DNA of 53,394 nucleotides, filler included, from Sluysia triapertura (Eukaryota): NCBI GenBank assembly GCA_046118255.1. It is 2 parts of 2 records of this genome, joined end to end, with 100 filler letters (N's around TTAATTAATTAA, not from the genome) between each part and the next. Parts side by side here need not be neighbours in the genome. Positions count along the whole stretch, not along the records: positions 1 to 29,726 come from JBJNIA010252858.1; positions 29,827 to 53,394 come from JBJNIA010201818.1. The stretch is one strand, 5' to 3'. The notes below the pieces were generated by a model. The model saw only the letters and a program-made list of their open reading frames with translations, did not search any database and was not told the origin of the DNA. The position numbers were made by a program, and so were the translations under genes. Shown here piece after piece: positions 24,171 to 36,639 of this stretch (its first letter is position 1; each line of letters begins with the position of its first letter).

Positions 24171-25989
24171 TACAATTAATTTGGATTTTCGTATTTCAAT
24201 ATTGTGACTGTTTTTATACGTTACAAAGTAGTATGGCTTTTCTCTTTATACATATATCCAGAGTTATGATAGATAATAAAAACATTACTTAATGAAATTT
24301 AACCTTAAAAATATAAATAATATTATTAAATTAGTTACAAATAATATAAATAAATTATTTCCATTAAATTGTTGTGAAAATTAAATTATAAAAGACAAAA
24401 AAAATTACAGTTCATGCAAAAACAAAGATGAGAGATATAAATGTCTTAAAATGATTTATCCCAATCCATTCTAGATATTTTTAGAAAAAATTAAAGTATT
24501 CTTTAACATATTTTACTTGCCTCTGAAATATGCCTGTTAATGTATTCAAATTTTAGACAACACTTCAAGTAAACGATACTTAATTTTGTAGGTTTCATTA
24601 AAATGATATTCCCATTTCCAGGTTATAGAAATTTTTTGTTTTAATTGCTAAACTACAGGTTAAGAAAAATTGCAATAAATACTTGTGTTAAAATTGTATT
24701 GTGTTAATTGTTAAGTTATAATATTGATTGTATTCTTTGACATAACAAAATAAACTGATATTTTAGTTTAATCATTTCTAGAGTGGTTGCAAATTTCAAA
24801 AAGAATTTCCTTATTGTTTTTAAAATGGTTTTTAATTTATTAGTGTTTTTGTTGTCATATGCCTAGAAATGGTTAAATTATGCAATTGTTTAATTTTTCA
24901 TACAAGAATTTTGTTAGTTAATATTGTAAATGGTGCGCATTTATTTGTAAATAAAAATATATATATTATTATACTGTCTACTAGATTTAATGGTCTATTC
25001 TCTAAATTAACACAAATAATTTTGATTTTTTGGGATAAAAAGCTTTAAAACTTTATTATCTTATCTATCTAATTTGTCACTTATAAATCAACGTTATTTT
25101 AGTAAAAATGAAAGATTTTCTTTCGGTAAAATTCAATTATTGAATATATCATTTTATAATTTTATTCCATCTTATATATTATACATAACAAATGAAGATT
25201 GTATTTGGAAAGAATTTCTCTAAATTCTAGATGTTATTTTATATATTTGGTTTATGTTCTGAATATCTTTATTTTAAAAATACAATTTGAAAATCATTAA
25301 TTTACAAGTTTGATTCATTTAATTGCGCCAAATAAAAAAATTATTTTAGATTTAAATATTTGATTTTCAGAATAAAACCATTTGAAAAGTTTATTTTTAC
25401 GTTTTTCGTGATTTGCTTGCTTGTTTATTATTTTTTCGGGTTTAAAAATCTTATTTAAACTTATAACTATTTCTGTATAAATATAATTTTTATCATTTTT
25501 CAAAAATTATTAATACTACTACTGAAAGCATAATCAAATTTAAACCGTGATTTGAAAATATAATTGAAGAATCTGTTTTTATTTTTGTTTTCCGTTTTTA
25601 TAAGATTCTGTAAATATATTATGATATGGTTAGTCTTCGTTTTTTATTTACAGGGATGAGTTTTATAAATTTTGTCATTGTTTTCACCGTTTATCCATGT
25701 TTATAAAGGTTTAAAGTTTACCATGTAGCTCTTAAATAAAGAAATTTGTGGAGTTATATCAGCATTTAGTGGAAGTTTTGTTGTATTACCCTTTTTTCAA
25801 ACTCCAACTGGGTGTTTTGTTGACAAATGTCATCTGAAAGAAGTTTCACAATTGAATCCTCGATATGTGGATATTATATAATTATATACTGTATTTCGTT
25901 TGATCCTATTTATCAATAAATTTTTCAACAGGTTACCATTTTTTCAATGTATAATATTTTCTCAATCAAAAATTGGTATGACGATTCTA

Positions 25990-26600
25990 CAGTCTTTACA
26001 TAAAAGAAATGACGAAAACAATATTTTAAATGGTAATAAAAGTACAAATGAATAATAAATAATTTTTATATTATAGAGAAGAAATAATCTATTTCAATGA
26101 AAGTATTGGTGTCAAAACTTCAATCTTTAATGATAACTATGTTTTGATGTTAGTGCATCCACTAACTCAATTATGTTCAGAATATGGAGCAATATTGGTA
26201 AAATGATGGTTTCTCTGCGTCAATATTAACTTAGGTAAAACTTATTTCTAAACAGTTATGTTAGTATCAATCTAGCATTTACCTTAGAACTTCAGTGTGT
26301 TTTTTCTACGTCTTTTGAAAATGTGGTGTATAAGTATTTGCGAAAAACGATTTAGGCTGGAAAATGCTCTGTTGGCAAATAAATGATATTTTTCGGTCTA
26401 AATAATATTAACGGTAATGATGTTTTTTAGATAAAGAACGTAGAGAACTTATAATGTACGATGTAAACACTATCATTCCGTTGGATTTTGAGTGCTAGGC
26501 TGTTTCAGTAAATCATTAAATAGTTTAGACTCAAACTGTATTCCTTAGTACGTAATTATCCGTTTAGATATGCCAAATCTTGAAATCCAGTGAATAACTG
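25990..26600 (-). mobile_element. Gypsy-type integrase remnant
   Basis: HWISRFGISKRIITY*GIQFESKLF, SNGMI and LHRTL fragments with stops and frameshifts. Confidence 0.8.
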
Positions 26601-27487
26601 CTAGGTTTAGTCAAAAGTGGGAGTATACATTAGTGTTTATATGCTTATAGTATAAAAATAAAAATATTAATAAAATATAATACCATCATGGATTATGCTT
26701 GTTAAGTGCATGTGTTTGTAAAATATCTAAATTAAAATAAAAGGATAGAACTGTCTGTATGGTTTTGAATTAAAATTTAAAATTTGTTTTGATTTAATAA
26801 CTTTATACAAAATGTTTGTACATGGAAAAATAACGAACTAAAGTATAATGTTTAAATGTTACGAAACATATAAAATTACATTAACCAGTAAATAGTTTAA
26901 TAAAATGTATGCGTCCATCTACGATCCTAATCTTATGCTATTAATGGCTAGTCCGTAAGATTTTAAAGAAGGATTCAAACAATGCAATACTTCGGTAGTA
27001 TTGTTCTATTAACTCAACTGCTTGATTCGTCAAGAGTTTAATTGCAGTAATGGTGTTAATGCTTGGAAATTGTGAGAGTCAAAAATTATTAAATGATGGT
27101 AATTAATGTGATTTCTTAGAACTATTTAATAAGATTTAGACGTCTTATGCTTTGAAATTACGTTACAAAAGATTTATTTACAGCGAGGTTATGTTTGCGA
27201 GATTTTACATAGGATTCCATTTAAACAAGATCAGATTTTTATACCGAATTCTAGTCGGTTGTTAACAATTAATAGGTTAATTTTATAAATTTAAAGTTAG
27301 TGAGCAAGATCAATTTCGTCTTTTGTTCTCATATGAAGAGTGGATTTAGGATCTTTTTGCCAGCGAGGTTAAGGATAGTAGTTTAGAGTCCTCCGTATTA
27401 AAAGGGTCTGTTAAAAATATAGTTTTCTTAGGTTAAAATCGGTTTACTCTGAGAACTGTGATATGCTAAGTGTTAGAATTCATAAAA

Positions 27488-27567
27488 AGGATTGACGGGA
27501 ATCAAATCCAGCAACTCTAGTTTCACAGCTGTGCAGTTCGATGCTCTGACCGCTGAGCTATTAGCAC
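27488..27567 (-). pseudogene. tRNA-Cys(GCA)-like pseudogene or tRNA-derived SINE head
   Basis: atagctcagcggtcagagcatcgaactgca matches the 5' half of tRNA-Cys; degenerate B box ggatttgattcc; T-run follows; acceptor stem does not pair. Confidence 0.65.
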
Positions 27568-28390
27568 CGTCTAATAATTTTATTTTAATATAATCAATTA
27601 TAGTATCATTATTCTATGACACTTTTTGCATGTACACGAACATAATTTTAAATCCAATTTAAAAATGTCTTCAATATCATTTACTACCGAAAACTGAACT
27701 CGATTTTATTTATAAGAAAGAAATTCTATTTTGCAGAAATTCTAATTTAAATTTAATGCTTAAATATATAAATGTAATGCTTTTCATGTAAATAATTAGT
27801 GTAAAATAATTTTTTAATTTTAAATAGTTGTTATTTAATAATAATGTAAGTACAACAACTAATGTAAACACAACAACATTGACAAAAGTATCTATCTATT
27901 TATATATAACTGTTTATATAATTGTGCATTGTTTATAACATTTATTGATTTTGAAACATTTATTATAAAAATTGTGAAACATTTATTATAATTATTGAAT
28001 TTTTATTTGGATTTTTTATTTTTATTTTGACTTTTAAAAAGTAATTTTTGATTTTAAATTTTAAAATTTTTATATAAAATTTGAATATTAATTTAAAATT
28101 TTGAATATTAATTAAAATTGTAACCTGGTTTATAAATTTTTTAAAATCTTCATTTTTGTTTCAATTCGGTCATTGCCGAATTCACACTATTTATACTTGC
28201 AAATTTCATAACTTGAACACACTTTAAAATATAATTTTTAAATACAACTTTTTGAAAAACTCAATTTCGATTTCAATAGATTTTGGCAAATTAAATGCGA
28301 CTTGAAGATTTTTATGCTATTGACAATTATTGTTATAAACCACGTTAGTTTCTTACCAAGTGATAATAAAAGTCCTTAAAAGCAAAAATA

Positions 28391-28610
28391 AATTTAATAT
28401 TTTAAAATAAAATAACGAAGGGAGATTTTCCCTAAATGATACTAAAATACCTTAAAAATAACAACGAATTTAATATTTAAAATAAAATAACGAAGGGAGT
28501 CTTTCCCTAAACGATATTAAAATACCTTAAAAATGCCAATAAACTTAATATTTTAAAATAAAATCACGAAGGGAGTCTTTCCCTAAACAATAACAAAATT
28601 CCTTTAAAAA
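28391..28610 (-). repeat. Three about 75-bp tandem units, each holding an AG|15-nt|GT microexon candidate
   Basis: Exons 28582-28568, 28506-28492 and 28431-28417 (ggaaagactcccttc x2, ggaaaatctcccttc), each after tttag and before gt. Confidence 0.75.
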
Positions 28611-28701
28611 AATTAACAACTTTAATTTTAACAAATTTGATATTTTTAAAACAAAACTATTATTTTAATAATAAATAAATTAATGAAATTAAATACCTTA
28701 C

Positions 28702-28913
28702 CCTAAGCATGGATTTTCGTATCTATCATCATCATCTTCGTTGTCTTGGCTGTTATCTTGTTATTGTGTTGTAAAAATTATGAAATGTTTATTTCATACT
28801 CTTTCATCATCCAATCAATTCCCAGTCTCACAATTAAACACTCTCTCACACAAATCATCCTAACCTCTTTGAGAATCAGACCGACAATAACAACTTTGGT
28901 AACTACATGGTAC
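28702..28913 (-). pseudogene. TIL-like cysteine-rich exon plus ENPC mini-exon, copy A
   Basis: VPCSYQSCYCRSDSQRG*DDLCERVFNC then gtatga; NEDDDDRYENPCL then gtaagg; internal stops. Confidence 0.55.
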
Positions 28914-29140
28914 GAAAATATTACAATTTCTTTTCAATAACAACAACAACCAGGAGTGACGCAACAGACACTAATAATATCAGAAAATTAATTGTAATTA
29001 TGTTATTCAAATATTTTAGGCCAACGTAACAGAAGTGAACACGATTACAATAAAATCGCTTGGTAACAACAACTTCAAAGGAAGACTTAATAGTAAATAC
29101 TAAAGATACAATGTTGGTATTTTGATTAATTAAATTGTGT

Positions 29141-29360
29141 AAGGATTTTCTTCCAAAAGTATCTTTAAAATGTCTAAAAATCAAATATTATCGTTAACAA
29201 AAACTGCGCAGGGATTTTCTTCTAAAAATCTCTTTGAAATATCTAAAAGTCGAATGTTATTTTAGCAAAAATTTAGCAGGGAATTTCTTCTAAAAATTTC
29301 TTTAAAATATCTAAAAATCAAATGTTAATTTTTAAAAAAATTGCTCAAGGATTTTCTATT
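29141..29360. repeat. About 68-bp tandem repeat x4, degenerate microexon-like units
   Basis: a(a/g)ggattttcttc.aaaa.t.tcttt.aaat.tctaaaa units starting near 29141, 29210, 29278 and 29347. Confidence 0.75.
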
Positions 29361-29490
29361 AACTTACCTAAAAAAACAACTTAAAAATTTTACTAAAAAT
29401 GACAAAATATTATTCAAATTACAATAAAATCAATTATATTATTTTAGTAAAATAATAAATAAATAAATAAATAAAACTTAAAAATGTTAC

Positions 29491-29726
29491 CCTGTGCATG
29501 GATCTTCATTTGTTGACATCGTTGCTGCTATATTAACTCACTATAGCGGTGTGATATTACTATTATTGTTGTAAAAATTTTAAAATCTTTATTTTATACT
29601 CTCTCATCATCCAATCAATTCACAATCTCACAACCAAACACTATCTCACACAAATCATTCAAACCTCTTTGAGGATCATACCGACAATAACGACTTTGAC
29701 AACTACATGGTACGGTCTGTCAAACT
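29491..29726 (-). pseudogene. TIL-like cysteine-rich exon plus EDPC mini-exon, copy B (cut by gap)
   Basis: VPCSCQSRYCRYDPQRGLNDLCEIVFGC then gtataa; TNEDPCTG then gtaac; clear nucleotide similarity to copy A. Confidence 0.55.
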
Positions 29727-29826
29727 NNNNNNNNNNNNNNNNNNNNNNNNNNNNNNNNNNNNNNNNNNNNTTAATTAATTAANNNNNNNNNNNNNNNNNN
29801 NNNNNNNNNNNNNNNNNNNNNNNNNN
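29727..29826. other. Artificial contig linker (N44-TTAATTAATTAA-N44)
   Basis: Exactly 100 nt with a six-frame stop linker centred in Ns. Confidence 0.95.
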
Positions 29827-30010
29827 ACTAAGATGATATATTTGTGTGGAGCGATATTGGCGGAATGAAAATAACAAATTATTGTGGTTTATTACATAAT
29901 ATTATGAAAATTAAAAGATTATTATTTGTTTAAGTTATAATATATTAATGTAAAGTGTAATGGATGTTTGTGTTGTATGGGTTAGAGGTTAAGATCGACA
30001 GAACACTACA

Positions 30011-30520
30011 GTTATAAAGAATAATTTGTATTTTGATTGTAATTTTGTGATAATTCAAAGAATATATCGAGATTCTGAATTTGTTTAATCATTGAGTTTT
30101 TAAATGACAATTTGTAAAATAAAAACGAATAAAATACACAACGAACAGTTACATTTTTGCATAGAATCAGACGTAAAAAGCAAGATAAAATTGAATGAAA
30201 CTTTATAGCTGTACGGACACTGCCTTGATTCATCTCTGATTAACGGTGATATCAAGTTTTATTCTTTAGTAATTGATTAAAATAAGTATTTGGAATTAGA
30301 GGATTAAGGGTTAATGAATTATTTTGTATTAATACGGGTGCGAAAATTTAAAGAAGTTGTGTTGCCCGTGGTTGTGATATGTTTTTAAAGAATAATTTGC
30401 GTTGTTATAAAGAATAATTTATATCTTTTAAAAAGTAATTTTGTGATAATTCAAAGAATATATCGAGATTTTTAATTTGTCTAATTATTGAGTTTTAATT
30501 AGTAATTTGTAAAATAGAAA
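30011..30520. repeat. Direct repeat of about 115 bp (starts near 30011 and 30404)
   Basis: gttataaagaataattt...gtaattttgtgataattcaaagaatatatcgagatt shared by both copies. Confidence 0.85.
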
Positions 30521-31119
30521 GTATAAAAGATACAACAATTAACAAGTTTTATAAAAATGTTAACAATGCAATAATTTAATCAATGAACCAAGGGTGACGC
30601 AGCGCCTAAATCAAATTATTATTCCAAATTAAAAACTTCCCAAAGGTAATTTCATAAATACATTATTATTACAAAATTTCAATTATTAAATTAGTCTAAA
30701 ATCTTAATATATTTTTAATATAATTGAAAACCAAAGTAATACAATTTACTAATTAATCTCTTCTAAGTAAACGTTATTAACTACAAATCAATTTTACTCG
30801 TCAATTAATCAGAAACAAAATGTTTAGAATAAATATCAATAATTAAAGAGGAGGTATTCCCAAAAATTAATTTATTTGAATTCAAAATAACAAAACAATA
30901 AAATAATAAAATATTTATTTTAAAATGCTTAGGCTTTATAAAATTTCTAAAAATTTTTCTTTTCAATTTTATCTTAACACTAGGAACAATTAAATCAACA
31001 TAATTAACTAAATTTTTAATTAAAGAAACATTAATGAACTTATAAACAAGTTAAACTTTTTATTATACAATAAAAATACAAAAACAAAAATAACAAATAT
31101 CGCAATGTCTAATTCTCCG

Positions 31120-31318
31120 GAATTTACATCATTCAGTAACAGTTCTATTGATAAATTATAAGGGAGTTGAATAAATTTTAATAGAGCATCATTAATTTCT
31201 TTCAGTTGTAAAATACAAACTGAAAATGTAAATTACTGCTAAAAATGTAGCAAAAGGCTGAGCTAAAAGTAATACCAATAATAACCATATTATAACACTT
31301 ATAATCCGGACAAGCCAT
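31120..31318 (-). pseudogene. Frameshifted small hydrophobic protein gene
   Basis: MACP / ISVIIWLLLVLLLAQPFATFLAVIYIF / CILQLKEINDALLKFIQLPYNL; resembles a recalled uncharacterised about 70-aa invertebrate membrane protein family. Confidence 0.4.
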
Positions 31319-31599
31319 AAATATAATAACTTAATAACTTATAACATAATTTTTGAAAGGTTGATTTTTTTAAATTACTTTATCTTAGATACTAATTAAT
31401 ATTTATTTTTACACATTTCATACATTTTATAATTTCAGATGCTAGTGGGTGGCAGCGTCGACATCAGCAGCAGTAGTAGTATTAGCAGTAATAGTAGCAG
31501 CAGTAGTATTAATTAATAAATTGTAATAATAATAGTAAAATTGTTACATTTTAATAATTAACAGTACATTTTTGCAATAACCGAAAATGAAAAGATCTA

Positions 31600-34500
31600 A
31601 TGCTCCTAGTAGAGTTGGTTGTCTCTAAAGTATTGCGGATTAAGAATGACTCTAATTTTTCGGCTTCAAATTTTTCAACGGACGACAATAAAACAAACGA
31701 TGTTGAATTTTATTCCATAACATATGGAAAGGTATCTAACAAAAAAACATGAGACATGGCAAAGCAATCACCGAAGTTACATAAACCATTTAAGGGACCA
31801 TATGAGATAATGAAAGTCACTTATACTAACTTATTTGTCAAATGTGCTACCAAAATTGGATTCAGAAATATTTTTTGTACACGCCAGTAGATGTAAGATA
31901 ACACCAAATGACGAATATAAATATTGTCAAAAAGTCAATATAAAAAGTTAAACCGAAAATAAAAGATCGAGATAAGCCACCTTCAGTTCAATCACTAGTT
32001 AATAAAAAAGTAATAATGATATTAAATGCCTCAACCGGAATGCGTACACATATTTTCCAAAATGTACGTTTTAATTATAGATGGATTCGATCTGTTATCG
32101 ATACATCCGTTACACATTATAATTTTCTAACTACTTGGAAACTTGTATTAATGGATCCACAACAACAATTTATAGCATAGATCAAATACCAATCAACATG
32201 AACGGCGTGATACATTATATTATATTAATTATATTAGATCAATGGGGAAGACTACTCTTTTGAATTAATAATCGGACTAGATGTTACAGATAAATTGTAT
32301 GATGTAGTAATTCATAGTAAGTTCGGTTTTTTAAAATATCCACAAGGTGCACAAATGATAATACCACCAGTTGTTTTCCCACATATTGGCGATGAGATTA
32401 CTCTGTAAGAAACTCCGATTTAGGCTCCAACAACAAGACCTAATTTCGAATCTGTTGATCCTGTACTACCTTCTTTTCGGTTTTCCGATATGCTTTGGGA
32501 AGAATCATCTATTAACTCATCATTCACATCTGTATGGAGCGAATTTTCGGAATCATCAGGAATTGGCTTTGACGACACAATAAGACAAACAATCATAATA
32601 TTAGAAAATCATTTTGGACACCGTTACTGGTATTAATAGTTATACTCATATCTTTAATTGGTTTTGTGAAGCCGGTAGATCTTGAAGAATGTGAGGAACA
32701 TAGAAATTAATACACTGCCATCAATAACGGAAAAGAACACTAAATATCTATTACGAACATTTATAATGAGTATTGGGAAATAAAGTTTAGTTCAAAGAAA
32801 ATGTTTTACATCATAAACTTGATATTTGTTGTATTTACCTAGAACCATTGCTAATTGGTAAACCGCACCATTTGAATAAAGTCTCAATGTTAAAAGAAAC
32901 CCTCAAAGAGTATAAAACCTTGTGCGAAACATTACAGAGCGTAAATCAACAGAAAATTATTTAAATTGCACCTCTAAATTTAAAGCTAATAATGAAATAT
33001 TGTAATTTTAATTTATAGGCTATTCGCTCTCTCATCCTTAGAGTAGTATATGCAATTTGGATTATATTGCACATAATAAATTACAAGAAACTACGTACGT
33101 TATCAATCAATAACGATAAAGATTACCGAAGTACAATTTAATACACATGGTGCGCAATTCTATAAAACCAAATATCTCGAATTTCGTAATTATGATATAG
33201 AAGTTAGAGTTTAGGTATTGCAATTGACAATCAAGTTAGATTTATGTGCTTCAAACATGCCAGACTTAATTATAGTTATTGGAATGTGCAGCAGTACTAT
33301 ATTAATAATATAGTAAATCCTGTTTCTATATGCTCTGATTTCTTGCCTAACGAAGAACGATATGTTATCTCCCATATATATGTATCACCGCAAAATTAGA
33401 ACAATTGTATTTCTCACTAAAGGGAACAAGGAAATAATCCAGCATTGTTAATTTTAATTTTAACTGCAATATTGTTTATCATCGCTTTGGCGATAGTTAT
33501 ACTTGTAATTATTATACTTGCAATTATACTTGTAATATGTGTAGTTATTCATGTTTAACTCCAAATAACGGCAACAATGATGAATAACTTTGAATCACCA
33601 CCAGGATTTCCATTAGGATTACCTCCTGTTTGCGAATATGCAGCAGGTAATCACTCACAATTAATATACGGTAGTTGGCAAATGACAAGTTTACAATCTG
33701 TTATGTTAGCGTGTTTATGTATGACATTTAATCAATGCATATATAAAATCAGTAATAATATTAAGACCACGGATTACATTAAAAGCACTTCAGCAAAATA
33801 TATATGGAAAAATACAGAGTAACACTGTTAAAATCACTCTATCTCTAAGCGCTATTTGTAATTGGTTCAAGTACGAATCAGACATTGGAAAAAATGTAAA
33901 TCACTGGATTGCGTCATGCGAAGGTCTTGCAGAAAAACAATTATTTAATGTCACCCTAACTTCAGAAATTGAGTACGAATCAAATCAAAATTCGAGAATC
34001 GATACATCATTATAAAATTAGAACAAAGCCTTTTATCTTTGATCAACTTTTAACTGTTAAATTTCTAATGTTATTACATAGGGACAATAACAATTTTGTT
34101 CGTATAACAAATCCTTTAACAGAAAATATTATATTAATTGCCTATGAACTAGATAAAGCAAGTCACTATGCTTTGACACTTCCTAATGCTAGTATCCACA
34201 TACTCTTTATGCCAGATCCCGATCTTACATTTATTGAAGTTTGGATTTTACCTTATAAAGAAATTTATGATACTTTCGGATTTTGGCCATGATATAGAAT
34301 ATTTGACTTACTAGTACCTATTTTTGACAAACATGATGTTATCACTATTTCAATACCAGCTAATAAAACCTTGAGCCTAATAAATACCACATATAAATTA
34401 TCTTATCAAACTAGATAAGAATTTCAGTTTACGATGTAAAAATCACCTACACACAAATCTAACCAACGACTCCATAATAAATCTCTATTACGCTATATCT

Positions 34501-34700
34501 AGTTATTATGTTTCAACTTCCTTTCTTTTCGTCACATCAGTAATACATGTTGTATTTCAAATTCATAAATTTTATATATTCATTAGGCATAGAATCATCT
34601 TTTTATCAAAACAAAATTATAAGTAGTATATTAAAATGAGTAAAGGTATTTCCTGGTTGCTGATGGCTGCCAACTATCCATTTTTGGTAGAAGAAAGGAG
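31600..34700 (+). mobile_element. Decayed 3' half of a gypsy-like LTR retroelement with extra coding remnants
   Basis: Integrase GPY/F motif SPKLHKPFKGPYEI; retropepsin-like VIDTSVTH and ELIIGLD; long hydrophobic helix near 33435-33545; Cys-rich remnants; purine tract agaagaaaggag then TG at 34701. Confidence 0.65.
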
Positions 34701-34898
34701 TGATTAACTCATATTTTATTCTTAATATGTATCATATTTTAACATTAAATTTTGAATTTAACTATCTTACTTTCATTATAAATACATAGTTATCACTTTA
34801 ATTATAATAATGTAGAGTATATTTTAAGTACATCTTTATAAAATTTCAATTTATTTCATGTAATTATCACCTTATTATACTTCTCTTTCCAGTTAATC

Positions 34899-35120
34899 AT
34901 GTCTACTCAACTACGCGTTACAATCTGTGCAATTTGTCAACAACCAATTAGGAAATACTACGTTTCGATTATTCCCTGCAAACATAGATTCCATTTTCGC
35001 TGTCTATTTTTTGTTTGATTTTGCTCCAACTCCTTTTCCTCCTGCTCCATGTATCGCGTCACGATCAAAGAATGCGAAATTTACTATAGAAAACAGTTTA
35101 GGAGATCTTATTCACTGTAA
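34899..35120 (+). pseudogene. RING-H2 finger protein pseudogene
   Basis: CAIC-x13-CKHRFHFRC-LFFV*FCSNSFSS-CSMYR; TGA at the conserved Trp position and the last Cys reads Tyr; ttctctttccag acceptor just before the ATG. Confidence 0.75.
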
Positions 35121-35419
35121 AGTATGCCAGACCTGACTCAACTCCTGTTGTAGCTTATAATGGGCTCCAGGAGGGTCCTAGTGTTAATATTTTCCAACTC
35201 CCTAGTTTTTCGAATGTTCATATTTTGTGTAATGGATTTCAGGTGCCTAAGCCTGATTATCCACCGGATCTGACCAAATCTCAAAATCGAAATTAAAGAA
35301 GACGTCAATTAAAAATTTTTACAAATTACATGCTCATCCACGTAACAATCCTTTCCTAAAAAAGAAATAATCGTTTTTTAAATATTATCATTTATTATAA
35401 ATTTTATGTGAGAACAAAA

Positions 35420-36130
35420 AACAACCTTAAACATTTTCCATTAAAAAATTGAGTGTGAGGAATTGAAAATTAATTAAACTATAAAAACTAAAGTTAAATT
35501 CATCATTTTTAAGTATGTCAATAATAATAATAATTGTTATTTTAATGCAAGAACTGATTCATAAAAAATAGATCGAGTAGAGTAGTAGAAAAAACAAGAA
35601 TTGATTGTTAATCCAACTGTTATGTTTTGCTTGTCGTACCATGTAAATGTCAAAGTCGTTTTAGTCGGTTTAATCTGTAAACGAGGTTTTGATGATTTGT
35701 GTAAGAGTAATTCCTGATTGTGAGTTTGGGAGTGATTGGACAATACAGAGATATAAAAGCGAATAATTAAAAAATTTATAATCCAAGATATGAATGATTA
35801 ATGTAGAAAATAAGAAGGTCAATGTATTGGTAACGTTTATTATTTTTTAATTTTATTTTATTTATTAAAATATAGTTATATATTTTTGGGAGTTTTATAT
35901 TAAGGTTAATTATTTTGGGTCAAATGCATTTTTAGGAATTTCCCTTTTATTTTTATTTGAAAAATTTTACATGTATATTTATGTAATTATTAGAAATCAA
36001 CGTTTATAAGTATATTTTTATGGATTTCCCGATTATTATTTAAGTTTTATTTTTTTGACATTTGTTTAGAAATTCTCCTTTGATTCTTGATTCGTAATGG
36101 TTATCGTTGTGTCGCCTCTGGTTCATTGAT
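35420..36130 (+). pseudogene. TIL-like/mini-exon module, copy C (inverted relative to A, B and D)
   Basis: MSIIIIIVILM start; DC*SNCYVLLVVPCKCQS...RGFDDLC; EGQCI then gtaac; degenerate unit array; terminal motif shared with 28945 and 30578. Confidence 0.55.
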
Positions 36131-36639
36131 TAGTTAAGCGTATTAATATTATTATTTAATTTTTGTGACTCTATTAATTTTAGTTGACTGTAATTGATTT
36201 ATTTATATTATTATTTTTATTGTGCAAGTATAAGTTATTAAATTGTAGTTTGATTTTGTAATTAATAAATTGTTATTAGATTTGTTAATTTAAATTTGAA
36301 GATTTAGGAGAATAATTAATCGATTGATAAATAAAGATTTTAAGATTTAAGGTACTTATATCTAATTTATTTAATTTATTGAAGATATTAAAACTCTGTT
36401 AAGGAATTTGGTTCGATTTTAATTCATTATTGTTAACATTACTAAAGACACAACATTTTAGTTTTTTATTTTATTTATTTAAAGACATAACATTCATTTT
36501 TTTATTTGTTTTTATAATTTTCACGATTTGGCATCTTCACTTAAATAAAATAAAGTATACTCTTAATTATATAAAATTAAAATTAAGTTTAATTGAATTA
36601 AAGTAAGGGATGAGAATTAAAAAAAGATCCTAATCGTGA

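Noticed and set aside
28391-29360. Regularly spaced repeats as a CRISPR array
   Set aside because: Eukaryotic context, spacers are homologous to each other, no cas genes
35016-35018. TGA at a Trp position as evidence of a variant genetic code
   Set aside because: Intact genes use TGG for Trp and TGA ends the kinase; the same ORF has other lesions
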